Below, in pieces: positions 1 through 10,820 of a stretch of 64,000 nucleotides of DNA. Positions within the stretch are counted from its first letter, which is position 1; each line of letters starts with the position of its first letter. The notes beneath the pieces are model-generated. The model ran no database searches, had not been told where the DNA came from, and saw nothing but the letters and a program-made list of their open reading frames with translations. The stretch is from an uncultured Acidimicrobiaceae bacterium. Its GTDB lineage: Bacteria; Actinomycetota; Acidimicrobiia; Acidimicrobiales; Bog-793. The position numbers and the translations under genes are program-made. The DNA is taken from contig CAWKGD010000001.1 of assembly GCA_963849105.1 (NCBI GenBank), positions 122,719-186,718 on the forward strand. The letters are read 5' to 3'.

Positions 1-605
1 TCGGCCGCCGGCCGGTCGAGCTCATGGAGGAGTTCGGCTGGGTCGGCGACGACGTCTGGTTCGCGCACGGCATCCACCTCAGTGCCGAGGAGATCACCCG
101 TCTCGGCTCCGCGTCGACGGGCGTCGCGCACTGCCCGAGCTCGAACGCGCGCCTCGCCGCGGGAATCTGCCCGGTGCGCGAGCTGATCGACGCCGGCGCC
201 CGGATCGGCCTTGGTGTCGACGGACCGGCGTCGAACGAGATGGGGGTGCTGTTGCCAGAGCTGCGACAGGCCGTGTACTTCGCGCGGCAGCGGTCGGGAC
301 GCCCCGATGCGCTCTCCCCGGCGGAGGCGCTCGAGCTCGCCACCTCCGGCGGGGCGGCGTGCCTCGGCAGAGGTCATCTCGGACGTCTGGAGCTGGGCGC
401 GCCGGCGGACCTCGCGGTATGGCCGATGGAAGACGTCGCGGACATCCCCGACCCGGTCGATGCGCTCGTGCTCGGCCCGGACCGGAGGGTCCGGCACCTT
501 TTTGTCGCCGGAGCGCCGGTCGTCGAAGATGGCCGCCTCGTCGGCGTCGACCTCGAGGTCGCGGATCGCGAACTCGCACGGCGCGCCCGACACCTCTGGG
601 GATGA
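1..605 (+). CDS. Metal-dependent amidohydrolase, 8-oxoguanine deaminase/AtzB-like (5' partial)
   Basis: FAHGIH, HCPSSN and GLGVDG-x-ASN motifs plus the C-terminal G-x-L-x-x-G-x-x-AD; the frame is open to the window start; purine catabolism context. Confidence 0.85.
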   Translation, partial: GRRPVELMEEFGWVGDDVWFAHGIHLSAEEITRLGSASTGVAHCPSSNARLAAGICPVRELIDAGARIGLGVDGPASNEMGVLLPELRQAVYFARQRSGRPDALSPAEALELATSGGAACLGRGHLGRLELGAPADLAVWPMEDVADIPDPVDALVLGPDRRVRHLFVAGAPVVEDGRLVGVDLEVADRELARRARHLWG

Positions 606-665
606 GGCGGAGGGAGGGGCCTTTGGCCCTTTAAGCACCGAGCCCGCCGGCTCAGGCTGGGCTCG

Positions 666-1421
666 ATGACGAATCTGACGCAGTACTCGCGTCCACGCGA
701 GCTCGGGGAGGCGCTCCGCCTCCTCGGACAGGAGGGTGCCGTCGCGGTCGGCGGGGGCACCGAAGTCAACAGTCGCGACCACGGCGAAGCGATCGCGGTC
801 GTGGATCTACAGGCGCTCGGTCTCGACGGCATTGAGCTGCGCGGGCCGAGCGCGTTGCACATCGGATCGACCGTGACGCTGCAATCGCTCGTGGAACACC
901 CGCACGTGCCCGTCGCGCTGCGCGACGCAGCCCGTCGAGAACTCCCGAGCACGCTCCGGTCACAGGCCACCGTTGGTGGAACCGTCTGCGGCAGACGGCG
1001 TGACAGCGAAGTGGTCGCCGTTCTCCTCCTGCACGAGGCGGTCGCCGTGGTGCTCGGGCCCGACGGGAGCGTGAAGCTCCCTCTCGCTGATCTGATCAAC
1101 GACCGCATCCGTCTCGAGCACCAGATCCTCACCGCGGTGACGGTCGACCCGCGGGGCGTAACAGCATTCGCGAGGACGGGGCGAACGTCAGCGGATCGGC
1201 CGATCGTCGCGGTCTTCGGGCGACGCCGCCCGGACGGCGCGCGTCTGTTTGCGATCACCGGCGTCGCCGAGGACCCGCTCGTGGTCCAAGGTGGACGATC
1301 CGCGCTGCGGGCCGCGCTCGAACGCACCGAGGGTTTCGGAGACTTTCGCGGCTCAGCCGAGTATCGGCGCGCGCTTGTCGAGGTTCTCACGGGGCGAGTC
1401 CTTGAGGAGCTCTCACGATGA
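666..1421 (+). CDS. FAD-binding subunit of a xanthine dehydrogenase-family molybdoenzyme (YgfM-like)
   Basis: AVGGGT, LRSQATVGG and DFRGSAEYRR motifs; stop overlaps the next start (ATGA). Confidence 0.85.
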   Translation: MTNLTQYSRPRELGEALRLLGQEGAVAVGGGTEVNSRDHGEAIAVVDLQALGLDGIELRGPSALHIGSTVTLQSLVEHPHVPVALRDAARRELPSTLRSQATVGGTVCGRRRDSEVVAVLLLHEAVAVVLGPDGSVKLPLADLINDRIRLEHQILTAVTVDPRGVTAFARTGRTSADRPIVAVFGRRRPDGARLFAITGVAEDPLVVQGGRSALRAALERTEGFGDFRGSAEYRRALVEVLTGRVLEELSR

Positions 1422-4372
1422 AGATCACTCTGCAGGTGAACGGTGAAGTGCGCGAAGTCGAGTGCGAGCCCGGCACCACGTTGCTGCGGGCGCTGCGGGG
1501 TCTCGGGTGCTTCAGCGTGCGCTTCGGTTCCTCGAGCGGGGAGACGGGCGCCGCGGCCGTGCTCGTCGACGGACGGCTCCTTGCTGCCGATGTCCTCTTG
1601 GCGGCGCAGGCCGAGGGTCACGAGGTGACGACTCTCGAGTCGCTGAGCCGGGCGACCGGCGAGCTCGACCCGATCCAGCAGGCGTTCGCGGAGTCCGGCG
1701 CGCTCCAGTCGGGGTACTCGGCCGGGGCGATGATCCTTGCCACCAAACGCTTGCTCGAGACCGTGCCGAACCCTAAAGAGGACGAGATTCGCGACGCGTT
1801 GAGCGGCATCCTCGACCGAGAGACGGGATACGTGAAGGTCGTCGAGGCGGTGAAGAGAGCTGCGACGAGCCTGCGCGGAGAAAAGCTCGAGCCGATCGAG
1901 GCGGTCCCCGTCGAGCGACTTACTGGCCGCACTGGCGACACGGTGCAACCGGACGTGACCGAACTCTCCCAGGCGAGCGGCGCGCTTCCCCGGCTCGTCG
2001 GTTCGGACGCCGTGCCGGAGGGCACGGTCGTCGGAAGGCCCGTCGTGAAAGTCGACGCGCTACGGCTCGCGAAGGGGAACCCGTGCTTCACCGACGACAT
2101 CGAGCCGCGCGGCTTGCTCCACGCGAAGGTGCTGCGGAGCCGGCTCGCGCACGCGCGGATCGTCGCGATCGACGACTCGGCGGCGCGCGCGCTCCCCGGC
2201 GTGCGCGCGGTGCTGCACTACCAGAACACGCCGCGCGTGAAGTACGCGTCCGGCGGTCAGAGCTGGCCGAACCCCCACCCGTGGGACCAGGTCAGCTTCG
2301 ATGACAAGGTCCGGTACGTCGGCGACCGCGTCGCCGCAGTCGCGGCCGACACCGCGGAGATCGCCGAGGAGGCATGCCGGCTCATCGACGTCACCTACGG
2401 CGCATTGCCCGCGGTCTTCGATGAAATCGCGGCGCGCGCTGAGGGCGCGCCCGTCATCCACGACGAGGACGACACCGTCGGCATCTACGACGCGAAGCAC
2501 AACCTCAGCCACCACATCGAGGGCCGCACGGTGGACGACGCGGCGCTCGAGTCGACCCTTTCCGGCGCCGACCACGTCTTCGAGGCGACCTACCGCGTCG
2601 GACAGGTCCAGCACGTTCCCATCGAGCCCCACATCACGGTCGGCTGGCTCGACGAGGATGACCGGCTCGTCCTGCGCTCATCGACGCAGGTGCCTTTCCA
2701 CGTGCGACGGATGATCGCGCCCTTGCTCGGGCTGCCGGTGAAGCGGATCCGCGTCGTGAAGCCCCGCCTCGGTGGAGGCTTCGGCGCGAAGCAGGAGATG
2801 CTGATCGAGGACATCGTCGGCCACCTTGTGCTCGCGACTCGGAGACCGGTGCGCCTGGAGCTCACCCGCGAAGAGGAGTTCATCGCGACGCGGGTGCGCC
2901 ACGCCCAAACGATCACTCTGCGTACCGGCGTGAACGACGACGGGCGACTCGTCGCCCAGGACATGCGGGTCGTCTCGAATACCGGCGCGTACGGCACGCA
3001 CGGCTTCACCGTGAACTCGGTGTCCGGACAGCACGGGCTCTCCCTGTACAACTGCCCGGCGAAGCGCTTTCTCTGTGACGTCGCGTACACGAACCGACCG
3101 GTCGCAGGCGCGTTCCGCGGGTACGGGGCGCCGCAGGCGTTTTTCGCCATCGAGTCGCAGATGGACGAGATCGCCCTTGCGCTCGGCATGGACCCGATCG
3201 AACTGCGACGCAGGAACTGGGTCGGCGAGGGCGATGCACTCGACATCGTCCTCCGTCTCGGAGAGCGCGGTGGTGTCGAGGAGATCGCGCCCGAGGACAT
3301 GCCGCGAGTGACGTCGTGCGGACTCGAGGAGTGCGCCGCTCAAGGCCTGCGCGCGATCGATTGGGAGCGGCGCGCCGATCCCTTGTGGAAACGCCCGCCC
3401 GACAAGCCGAACATCCGACGCGGCATCGGCCTTGCCGCGGCGATCCAAGGCTCGGGGATCCCCCTCATCGACATGGGTGCGTCCTCGATCAAGATCAACG
3501 ACGACGGCTCGTTCAATCTGCTCGTCGGGGCGACCGACATCGGCACCGGTTCCGACACGGTGCTCGCGCAGATCGCCGCCGAGGTTCTCGGCGTGTCCGT
3601 CGACGACATCGTCGTGTACTCCTCGGACACCGATCTCACGCCATTCGACGTCGGCGCGTACGCCTCGAGCACGACGTACGTCTCGGGCATGGCGGTGAAA
3701 AAGGCCGCCGAGGCCGTGCGCGCACGGATCTGTGCACGCGCCGCGCGCCTCATCGGCGTCGAAGACGCCGAAGGAATCGAGCTCCACGACCGGAGAGCGT
3801 GGGCGCCGGACGGACGGTCGATCTCGATCGCGGACGTCGCGCTGAACGCGTTCCACGTCGAGGATCAAGAACAGATCATGGCCGTCGCGTCACACGTCTC
3901 GCCGGAGTCGCCTCCGCCGTTCGCCGTCCAGCTCGCCGCCGTCGAGGTCGACGTCGAGACCGGCCAGGTGACGGTGACGAAGCTCGTCACCGCGGTCGAC
4001 TGCGGGGTGGCGATCAACCCGGTGACGGCGAGCGGCCAGGTCGATGGGGCGATGGCCCAGGCGCTCGGCTACGCGCTGACCGAGGAGCTCGTCCTCGACG
4101 AGGACGGCCGGCCCCTCAACGGCCGGCTCGGCCCGTACTGGATCTTCCGAGCAGATGACATGCCACCGACCGAGGTCTTCCTAGTCCAGACGATGGAGCC
4201 GTCCGGACCGTTCGGCGCGAAGGCGGTCGCCGAGATCCCGATGGACGGTGTGGCGCCCGCGGTGCGCAACGCGATCCTCGACGCGACCGGCGTCGCGATC
4301 AACGAGATCCCCTTCACTCCCGAGCGTGTCTGGCGGGCCTTGCAGTCGAAAGCCGGGCTGCTCGCGTCCTAG
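1418..4372 (+). CDS. XdhD-like molybdopterin oxidoreductase with a fused, Cys-less N-terminal 2Fe-2S-like domain
   Basis: LGGGFGAK, AFRGYGAPQ, GAYASST and GAKAVAE Mo-domain motifs; N-terminus resembles a 2Fe-2S subunit. Confidence 0.88.
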   Translation: MKITLQVNGEVREVECEPGTTLLRALRGLGCFSVRFGSSSGETGAAAVLVDGRLLAADVLLAAQAEGHEVTTLESLSRATGELDPIQQAFAESGALQSGYSAGAMILATKRLLETVPNPKEDEIRDALSGILDRETGYVKVVEAVKRAATSLRGEKLEPIEAVPVERLTGRTGDTVQPDVTELSQASGALPRLVGSDAVPEGTVVGRPVVKVDALRLAKGNPCFTDDIEPRGLLHAKVLRSRLAHARIVAIDDSAARALPGVRAVLHYQNTPRVKYASGGQSWPNPHPWDQVSFDDKVRYVGDRVAAVAADTAEIAEEACRLIDVTYGALPAVFDEIAARAEGAPVIHDEDDTVGIYDAKHNLSHHIEGRTVDDAALESTLSGADHVFEATYRVGQVQHVPIEPHITVGWLDEDDRLVLRSSTQVPFHVRRMIAPLLGLPVKRIRVVKPRLGGGFGAKQEMLIEDIVGHLVLATRRPVRLELTREEEFIATRVRHAQTITLRTGVNDDGRLVAQDMRVVSNTGAYGTHGFTVNSVSGQHGLSLYNCPAKRFLCDVAYTNRPVAGAFRGYGAPQAFFAIESQMDEIALALGMDPIELRRRNWVGEGDALDIVLRLGERGGVEEIAPEDMPRVTSCGLEECAAQGLRAIDWERRADPLWKRPPDKPNIRRGIGLAAAIQGSGIPLIDMGASSIKINDDGSFNLLVGATDIGTGSDTVLAQIAAEVLGVSVDDIVVYSSDTDLTPFDVGAYASSTTYVSGMAVKKAAEAVRARICARAARLIGVEDAEGIELHDRRAWAPDGRSISIADVALNAFHVEDQEQIMAVASHVSPESPPPFAVQLAAVEVDVETGQVTVTKLVTAVDCGVAINPVTASGQVDGAMAQALGYALTEELVLDEDGRPLNGRLGPYWIFRADDMPPTEVFLVQTMEPSGPFGAKAVAEIPMDGVAPAVRNAILDATGVAINEIPFTPERVWRALQSKAGLLAS

Positions 4373-4453
4373 GTGCAGGTCCGAAGAACGTTCGTCAAGG
4401 CGCGCGAGGTAAAGCCCTGGTACGTCGGCGAAATCGCCGCGCAGCGCGGAGGC

Positions 4454-6178
4454 TCAGACGGCCGTCACGTCGGTGAGGGCGAACCGCGTCACGTCGAGGA
4501 GTCCGCGGTCGGTGATCCGCAGTTCGGGGATCACCGAAAGCCCGAGAAAGCTCAGCTGCATAAAAGGCGCCTCGATCGTGACGCCGAGGCGGTTCGCCAC
4601 CGCGTCGGTGAGGGCGCTGACCTGTCGCGCGACCTCTCCTGCCGGGTTCGTGCTCATGAGCCCCCCGATCGGAAGCGGCACCTCGGCGATCACCCGGCCC
4701 CCCAAGACGGCCACCTGCCCGCCGCCGATCTCCGCAAGGCGCGCGACGCCGACGGCCATGTCCGACGGGCCGGAGTCGTCGCGGGCGCCGACGGCCATGC
4801 AGTTGTGCGCGTCGTGGGCGACCGTCGAGGCCATCGCCCCGCGGTGGATTCCGAATCCGGAGACGTAGCCGAGGCCGATGCGGCCGGTTCGGCGGTGTCG
4901 CTCGACGACGGCGATCCGCGCGACGTCCTGCGCGGGGTCATTGACGTCGAAAACGAGGTCGTCCGTCGACAACGAACGCGAGCGCACACCGATGACGTGG
5001 GCCCGTCCGTTCGCCGGCGGTGTGAGGGCGTAGGCGCTCGGGGCGGGCGGATCCTCGAGGTGGACCGAGTGGAGCATCCACCCGGGTGCCGCGGTCGCCG
5101 GCACGACGCCGGGGATGACCTCGCCATTCTCTGCGACGAGACGTCCGGCCTGCCAGACCCGGACCGGCTCGAAAGTCGAGAAGTCCTCGAAGCACAGCAC
5201 GTCGGCCTGGTAACCGGGTGCGAGCCATCCGAGGTGGTCGAAGCGGTGGTACTCGGCCGGATTCGCCGTCGCGAGAACGAGCGCGTCCTCGACGCTGACC
5301 CCGGCTTTCACCGCCAGGCGGACGCAGTCGTTGATATGCCCCTCGTTGAGGAGGGTGTCGGGCTCGCGGTCGTCCGTGCAGAGGGCGACGCGCGCCGTGC
5401 CGTGGCGGAGGACGGTCGGGATGAGCGCATCCAGATCGCGCGAGGCGGATCCTTCGCGAACGAAGATCCACATGCCCTTCCTCCGCTTCTCCTCGGCTTC
5501 TTCGAGCTCGGTGCACTCGTGATCCGACTCGATCCCGGCGGCGAGGTACGCGTCGAGCTCGCGCCCTGAGACGCCCGGGGCGTGGCCGTCCACCCGTCGG
5601 GTGCCGGCCGTGGCGATCTTCGCGAGCATCTCGGGGTCGCCCGCGATCACGCCGGGGAAGTTCATGACCTCGGCGATTCCGATCACTGCGCGGTCTTCGA
5701 GGAGCTCTGCGAGGTCGGTGTGATCGAGCTCTGCGCCGGGACTCTCGAACGGCGAGGCGGGAACACAACTCGAGGCACAGATGCCGAAGGTGAACGGCAG
5801 GCGTTCAGCGTCCCGCGCCAGCGCGAGCACTCCCGGCACACCGAAGACGTTCGCGATCTCGTGAGGGTCCGCCGCGACCGCGGTCGTCCCATGGGGGAGG
5901 ACGGCGCGCACGAACTCGTCGATCCACAGTTTTGTCGACTCGAGGTGCATGTGCGGGTCGATGAATCCCGGAGTCAACGACGCGCCCGCAACCTCGACGA
6001 CGTCGGTTGCTTCGCGTCTTCCCCACCCCGCGATGACCCCGTCTGAGATCGCGAGGTCGGTCTCGATCCACTCGCGCGTACCCGGCACAAAGACCCGACC
6101 TCCCGAGATCAAAAGGTCGGCCGGCTCATCTCCACGGGCGACGGCGAGCAAGCGAGCGGATCCACGCCGCGGGGGCAT
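4454..6178 (-). CDS. ade: Adenine deaminase
   Basis: DPHMHLES, DPHEIANV, EVMNFPG, DGHAPG, SDHEC and AHDAHN motifs. Confidence 0.93.
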   Translation of the reverse strand: MPPRRGSARLLAVARGDEPADLLISGGRVFVPGTREWIETDLAISDGVIAGWGRREATDVVEVAGASLTPGFIDPHMHLESTKLWIDEFVRAVLPHGTTAVAADPHEIANVFGVPGVLALARDAERLPFTFGICASSCVPASPFESPGAELDHTDLAELLEDRAVIGIAEVMNFPGVIAGDPEMLAKIATAGTRRVDGHAPGVSGRELDAYLAAGIESDHECTELEEAEEKRRKGMWIFVREGSASRDLDALIPTVLRHGTARVALCTDDREPDTLLNEGHINDCVRLAVKAGVSVEDALVLATANPAEYHRFDHLGWLAPGYQADVLCFEDFSTFEPVRVWQAGRLVAENGEVIPGVVPATAAPGWMLHSVHLEDPPAPSAYALTPPANGRAHVIGVRSRSLSTDDLVFDVNDPAQDVARIAVVERHRRTGRIGLGYVSGFGIHRGAMASTVAHDAHNCMAVGARDDSGPSDMAVGVARLAEIGGGQVAVLGGRVIAEVPLPIGGLMSTNPAGEVARQVSALTDAVANRLGVTIEAPFMQLSFLGLSVIPELRITDRGLLDVTRFALTDVTAV

Positions 6179-6316
6179 AGCCGCATCCTAAGAGCCCGCG
6201 ATGCCGCCGATCAGGGCAGAACGTCACGCCTGCGAGCGGTGCGGGCGCGCAAACCTCGGCACGCGGTGAGATTCCGGGGCGAAGTGCAGGAACGCGGTGA
6301 CAGCGCCTCGTCGCGA

Positions 6317-6946
6317 TCAGACTCCGGCCGCTGAGAGGGCTGACCAGACACCGAGGCCGATGAGGATCCCGGCCGAGACCTTCCGTACCACGCCGAGCGG
6401 CACGACCCGGGTGACCGTCCGGCCGATGACCACGCCGAGCGCGCTCGTCAGCGCGAACGCGACGACCGCGCCGATGAACACGCCGAGCGGGTCGCGCGTG
6501 CGCGCCGACAGGTTGACGATCACGATCTGGGTGAGATCGCCCATCTCGGCGAGGAACACGACGAGGAAGGTCGTTGCGACGAGGCGCCACGTCGACGACA
6601 CGCGCCGGGCACGTGCGCCGACCCGGGAAACGAGCGCCTCCTCCTCGGAGGAAAGCGACTCGCCGGCCCTTTGCGCCGATGCCTCCTTTGTCAGCGCGAG
6701 GTACGCGCCGCCGGCGAGGAAGCCGGACGCCGTGATCCCGGCGACGACGCGGTGCGGAGCGAGCGCGATGAGCCCTCCGGCGACGACCGCGACGGCGGCC
6801 TCGACGACGAGTCCGAGAAAGACCCCCCAGAACACCGGCAGCGGTCGGTGACGCGAAGAGATCGTGATCGCAGCGAGGAACGTCTTGTCCGGTAACTCGG
6901 CTGGGGCGACCACCGCGAAGGACGCGGCGATGACGCCGACGTTCAC
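6317..6946 (-). CDS. TMEM165/GDT1 (UPF0016) family cation transporter
   Basis: Two E-x-(P/G)-D-x-T motifs (AELPDKT, AEMGDLTQ) and hydrophobic helices. Confidence 0.88.
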   Translation of the reverse strand: MNVGVIAASFAVVAPAELPDKTFLAAITISSRHRPLPVFWGVFLGLVVEAAVAVVAGGLIALAPHRVVAGITASGFLAGGAYLALTKEASAQRAGESLSSEEEALVSRVGARARRVSSTWRLVATTFLVVFLAEMGDLTQIVIVNLSARTRDPLGVFIGAVVAFALTSALGVVIGRTVTRVVPLGVVRKVSAGILIGLGVWSALSAAGV

Positions 6947-6955
6947 GCCGCTCGA

Positions 6956-9565
6956 CTACCGATCGGCGAGGAGGCCCCCGAGCTCGGATCGGATCGCGTT
7001 CGCCAGCCGGAGATTCACCTCGAGCTCTTCGATCTGCTGATCGAGGAATCGCCGCCGCGAGCCGCCGATTTTTGCGTCGACGAAGGCGCGGATCTCGTCG
7101 AAGTAGAGGGAGTGACCCTCGGCGTCGACCTCGACCAGGCTTGGCACCCCCTCGAACATGCGCACGACCAGGCTCGGCGGGAACTTCGATTCGAGTTCGT
7201 CGAAGTGCTCGGCGACGAATCTCCAGGTCGGGACGGCGGTCTCGCGTTTGTGCATCATGAGGGCGTAGATGAACGGCGCGTTCTGATTGCGCAGCTCATT
7301 GCGGGCGAGCTCGAAGATCTCGTGGGCGAGTGTGAGGTCGGTGACCGAGGTGAGCGCGAACTCGTAGCGGTGCTCGTCAAGCGGCGAAGTGGGATGAGCG
7401 TGGCGATCGAGGAACGTCTCGTAGATCCCTCGGCTTGCGTGCGCCGCGACAACCGAGAGCACCCCGTAGGCGCTGTCGGCGTCGATCTCGTGACCGGGGG
7501 TGCGGTCAGCCTGGAAGCGGGCGTAGGCGTCCGAGATCACCTCTTCGTCCCGGCCGATCGTGCCGAGCGTGCCGATGAGCAGCCCGCGCAGGTAGGACGT
7601 CTGCTCGCTCTCACCGGGCTGAATTCGCCACGCGATGCTGTCGAGTTTCGGTCGCAGCGTCCGACGGAGGTACTCGGCGTACGCATCTCGCAGCTCACTC
7701 GGCACGACGAGATCGATCGTTCGCAGCGCAGAGATCGCGATCGACCAGACGAACGGGTTGTCCTCGTGTTCGAGCGCGTCGATCGTGCGGAAGAACTCGG
7801 CGACGCTCGTCAGGCCGGCGCGCGTCGTCGCCCAGATATCCGAGACGAGGTAGTAGCGCTCGATCGGCTGCAGCAGCTCGAGATTCGCCAGCAGCGCCAG
7901 ACGCAGCGTCTCGTCGTATCGCACGCGGTAAAAGCCCGAGCCGCCGCGGTTCACCACCACCGGCAGCTCCGGGGCGGCGAAGGTCTCGGGTGCCTTTTCG
8001 AGGATGACGCGGGTCGTCGCGTCGGGGCGCGAGGGAGCGTACGCCAGCACCGGGATGAGCCAGTCCGATCCGATCGCCGACGGCCGCGTGGCGAGGACTT
8101 CCGCCGGAAGGTACGAGAAGGCCCGCTGGGTGATCTCGACCCTGCCGTCGTGCCACGAGGCGTTGACGAGCGGGTACCCGCCTTGGAAGATCCACGAGTC
8201 CATCAACGCGCGCACGGGCACGTCGGGATTGGTCTCCTCGAGCGCGTCCCACAGGTCTGTCGTCTCGGCGTTGGAGTAGGCGTGGGTTTTCAGGTAGCGC
8301 CGGATGCCGTTACGGAAGCGATCGCCGCCCAGGTAGCGCTCGATCATCCATAAGACGCCGCCACCTTTGTAGTAGGTGAGCGAGTCGAACATCGAGGTCG
8401 CCTCTTCGGGTCGGCCGACGGGGAATTCGATCGAGCGAGTCGAGCTCATGCCGTCGTTCGCCAACGCGACCGGCCAATAACGCGCCACAGCGAAGAGGAA
8501 CGGTTCCTGCGCGGGGTATTTGTCGTCGTGACAGAGGAACGCCATGAACGTCGCGAACGCCTCGTTCAGCCAGACGCCGTTCCACCACTTCATCGTGACG
8601 AGGTCCCCGAACCACATGTGGGCGATCTCGTGTTCGACGACCTCCGCTATGCGGGCGATCTCTGAGAGCGAGGAGCGCTCGGGATCGGCGAGCAGGTCCG
8701 CCTCCCGGAAGGTCACGCAGCCGACGTTCTCCATCGCACCTTGCGCGAAGTCGGGGATGCCGACCAAGTCGAGCTTGTCGCCCGGGTAGGGGATGTCGAA
8801 ATAATCCGTGTAGAACCTCAGCGTGTGGTCGGCGAACTCGAGCGACATTTGCGTCAGCTGTTCCTTGCCCGGCAGGTGCACGACGCGCACCGGCGTACCG
8901 AGCACGTCGATCGGGTCCGTCGCGATGAACGGACCGACGACGAACGCGACGAGGTAGGTCGACATCTTCATGGTGTCGGCAAAGCGCACCCTGCGCGTGC
9001 CGTCGGGGAGGTCCTCTGAGGAGATCTGGCGGGCGTTCGAAACGGCGAACATCTCCTTCGGCACGACGAGGGTGATGCCGAAGACGGCCTTCATGTCGGG
9101 CTCGTCGAAGCACGGAAAGGCCCGTCGGGCGTCGGTCTCTTCGAAGTGGGTCGTCGCGATCGTGTGCGCGTTGCCATCGTCGTCGACGTAGCGGCTGCGA
9201 TAGAAACCGAGCAGGAGGTCGTTCAGCACGCCGGAAAAGCGCGTCGAAACGGTGTACGGGCCGGGCTCCAACAAGACCGGGGAGGCGAAGTGGACGCGCC
9301 TTTCCTCAGGCTCCATCTCGATGCTCGCCGCCACCGCCTGACCGGCCTCGCCCGCCGACTGCCAGCCGGGCGCGATCGACGCCTCGGCGATCTCGATATC
9401 CGCCGTGTTCATCACGACTTCGGTGGCGGCCTCGGTGAGCATGATCTCGACGCGCTCGGACCCGGTGAACGTGGCTGCCTCGAGGTTGGGGGCGAGTTCG
9501 AGGTCGTAGCGGACAGGTGTCGCCGTTCTCGGCAGGCGGTACGGCGCGAGTGCTCCCGTCTCCAC
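6956..9565 (-). CDS. M1 family aminopeptidase (ERAP1-like C-terminus)
   Basis: GAMEN and HEIAH-x18-E (WLNEAFA) zinc motifs, plus YYKG. Confidence 0.93.
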   Translation of the reverse strand: METGALAPYRLPRTATPVRYDLELAPNLEAATFTGSERVEIMLTEAATEVVMNTADIEIAEASIAPGWQSAGEAGQAVAASIEMEPEERRVHFASPVLLEPGPYTVSTRFSGVLNDLLLGFYRSRYVDDDGNAHTIATTHFEETDARRAFPCFDEPDMKAVFGITLVVPKEMFAVSNARQISSEDLPDGTRRVRFADTMKMSTYLVAFVVGPFIATDPIDVLGTPVRVVHLPGKEQLTQMSLEFADHTLRFYTDYFDIPYPGDKLDLVGIPDFAQGAMENVGCVTFREADLLADPERSSLSEIARIAEVVEHEIAHMWFGDLVTMKWWNGVWLNEAFATFMAFLCHDDKYPAQEPFLFAVARYWPVALANDGMSSTRSIEFPVGRPEEATSMFDSLTYYKGGGVLWMIERYLGGDRFRNGIRRYLKTHAYSNAETTDLWDALEETNPDVPVRALMDSWIFQGGYPLVNASWHDGRVEITQRAFSYLPAEVLATRPSAIGSDWLIPVLAYAPSRPDATTRVILEKAPETFAAPELPVVVNRGGSGFYRVRYDETLRLALLANLELLQPIERYYLVSDIWATTRAGLTSVAEFFRTIDALEHEDNPFVWSIAISALRTIDLVVPSELRDAYAEYLRRTLRPKLDSIAWRIQPGESEQTSYLRGLLIGTLGTIGRDEEVISDAYARFQADRTPGHEIDADSAYGVLSVVAAHASRGIYETFLDRHAHPTSPLDEHRYEFALTSVTDLTLAHEIFELARNELRNQNAPFIYALMMHKRETAVPTWRFVAEHFDELESKFPPSLVVRMFEGVPSLVEVDAEGHSLYFDEIRAFVDAKIGGSRRRFLDQQIEELEVNLRLANAIRSELGGLLADR

Positions 9566-9647
9566 GGTCGGAGCAGGCTACTGGACCCAGCGTCGAAGGA
9601 AGTTCCAAGCCCGCTGTGATGGTCGGCACTGCCAGTAACGTGCCATC

Positions 9648-10697
9648 GTGACGACCTTGGCGCGTGCCGCGGCGGCGCGCGCAAGGAAGGGTGAGCGCCG
9701 CTTCGACGTCTGTTGTGTCGGCAACGCCCTGATGGATCACCTCGCCCACGCCGACCTGGCGACGGTTGCCGCTCTCGGGCTGCCCCACGGCGGGATGACG
9801 CTCGTCGACATCGCGACGACCGACCGGCTGCGCAGCGCCGTCGGAAACGGTCGCCAGGTGCCCGGCGGCACCGTCACGAACACCGCCGTCGGAATCGCTT
9901 CGTTCGGCGGCAGACCCGCCTTCGTCGGCGCCGTCGCGACCGACGAGGCCGGCGCACGCTACGAAGCCGATCTCGAAGCGGCCGGTGTTCACGCCGCGCT
10001 GCAGCGATTCCCCTTCGACCCCGTCGGCGACGAGATGGCGACCGGGCGCTGCTACGTGCTCGTCACCCCCGACGCCGAGCGGACGATGGCGACGGCACTC
10101 GGCGTCGGCGGACAGCTCAACGCACAGGGCATCGACGCGAGCGTCATCGCCGATTCATCGCTCGTCTACTTCGACGGCTACGTCCTCGATCTCCCCGACG
10201 CCGAGGCGCTCGTCGCGCGGCTGCTCGGCGTCGCGCGCCCCGCTCGAACCAAGGTTGCGATCGGACTCGCAGACGCGCGGCTCGTCGAACGCCATCGTCG
10301 GGTTCTCGAAGATCTCTGTTCGGGGTCGGTCGACTACGTGTTCGCGAACGAATCGGAGATTCTCGAATTCACGAAGACCTCAGGCGTCGAACGCGCGATG
10401 CGCGCGATCGCCCGCGACGACCTCGTCGTCGTGGTCACCCGCGGGGCTCTCGGCGCCATCGTCGGCTTCGCGGGCGAGGTCGTCGACGTGCCGGCGCATC
10501 GCGTGGACGACGTCGTCGATGTCACCGGCGCCGGAGACCTGTTCGCCGCCGGGTTCTGCTACGGCGTCACCCACGCGATCGACCCCGTCGGTGCCGCAAG
10601 ACTTGGCAGCCTCGCCGCGGCGGAGGTGATCAGCCACCTCGGCGCGCGCCCAGAGACCTCGCTTGCCGACCTGGCGCGCGCCCGCGCGCTGATCTGA
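9648..10697 (+). CDS. PfkB family kinase, adenosine kinase-like
   Basis: GNALMD, DAERTM, FANESE and DVTGAGDLF motifs. Confidence 0.88.
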   Translation: MTTLARAAAARARKGERRFDVCCVGNALMDHLAHADLATVAALGLPHGGMTLVDIATTDRLRSAVGNGRQVPGGTVTNTAVGIASFGGRPAFVGAVATDEAGARYEADLEAAGVHAALQRFPFDPVGDEMATGRCYVLVTPDAERTMATALGVGGQLNAQGIDASVIADSSLVYFDGYVLDLPDAEALVARLLGVARPARTKVAIGLADARLVERHRRVLEDLCSGSVDYVFANESEILEFTKTSGVERAMRAIARDDLVVVVTRGALGAIVGFAGEVVDVPAHRVDDVVDVTGAGDLFAAGFCYGVTHAIDPVGAARLGSLAAAEVISHLGARPETSLADLARARALI

Positions 10698-10820
10698 GCG
10701 CGCCGTCGTCGCGCTGCAACGGTCAAAGGCGAGAGCGATACCTGGTGCGACGCCTGCCTGGTGCGGTCGGCCAGGACCTGGGCGGCCGGGGCGGCCTTTT
10801 CGTAGGGATCGGCCACACGG

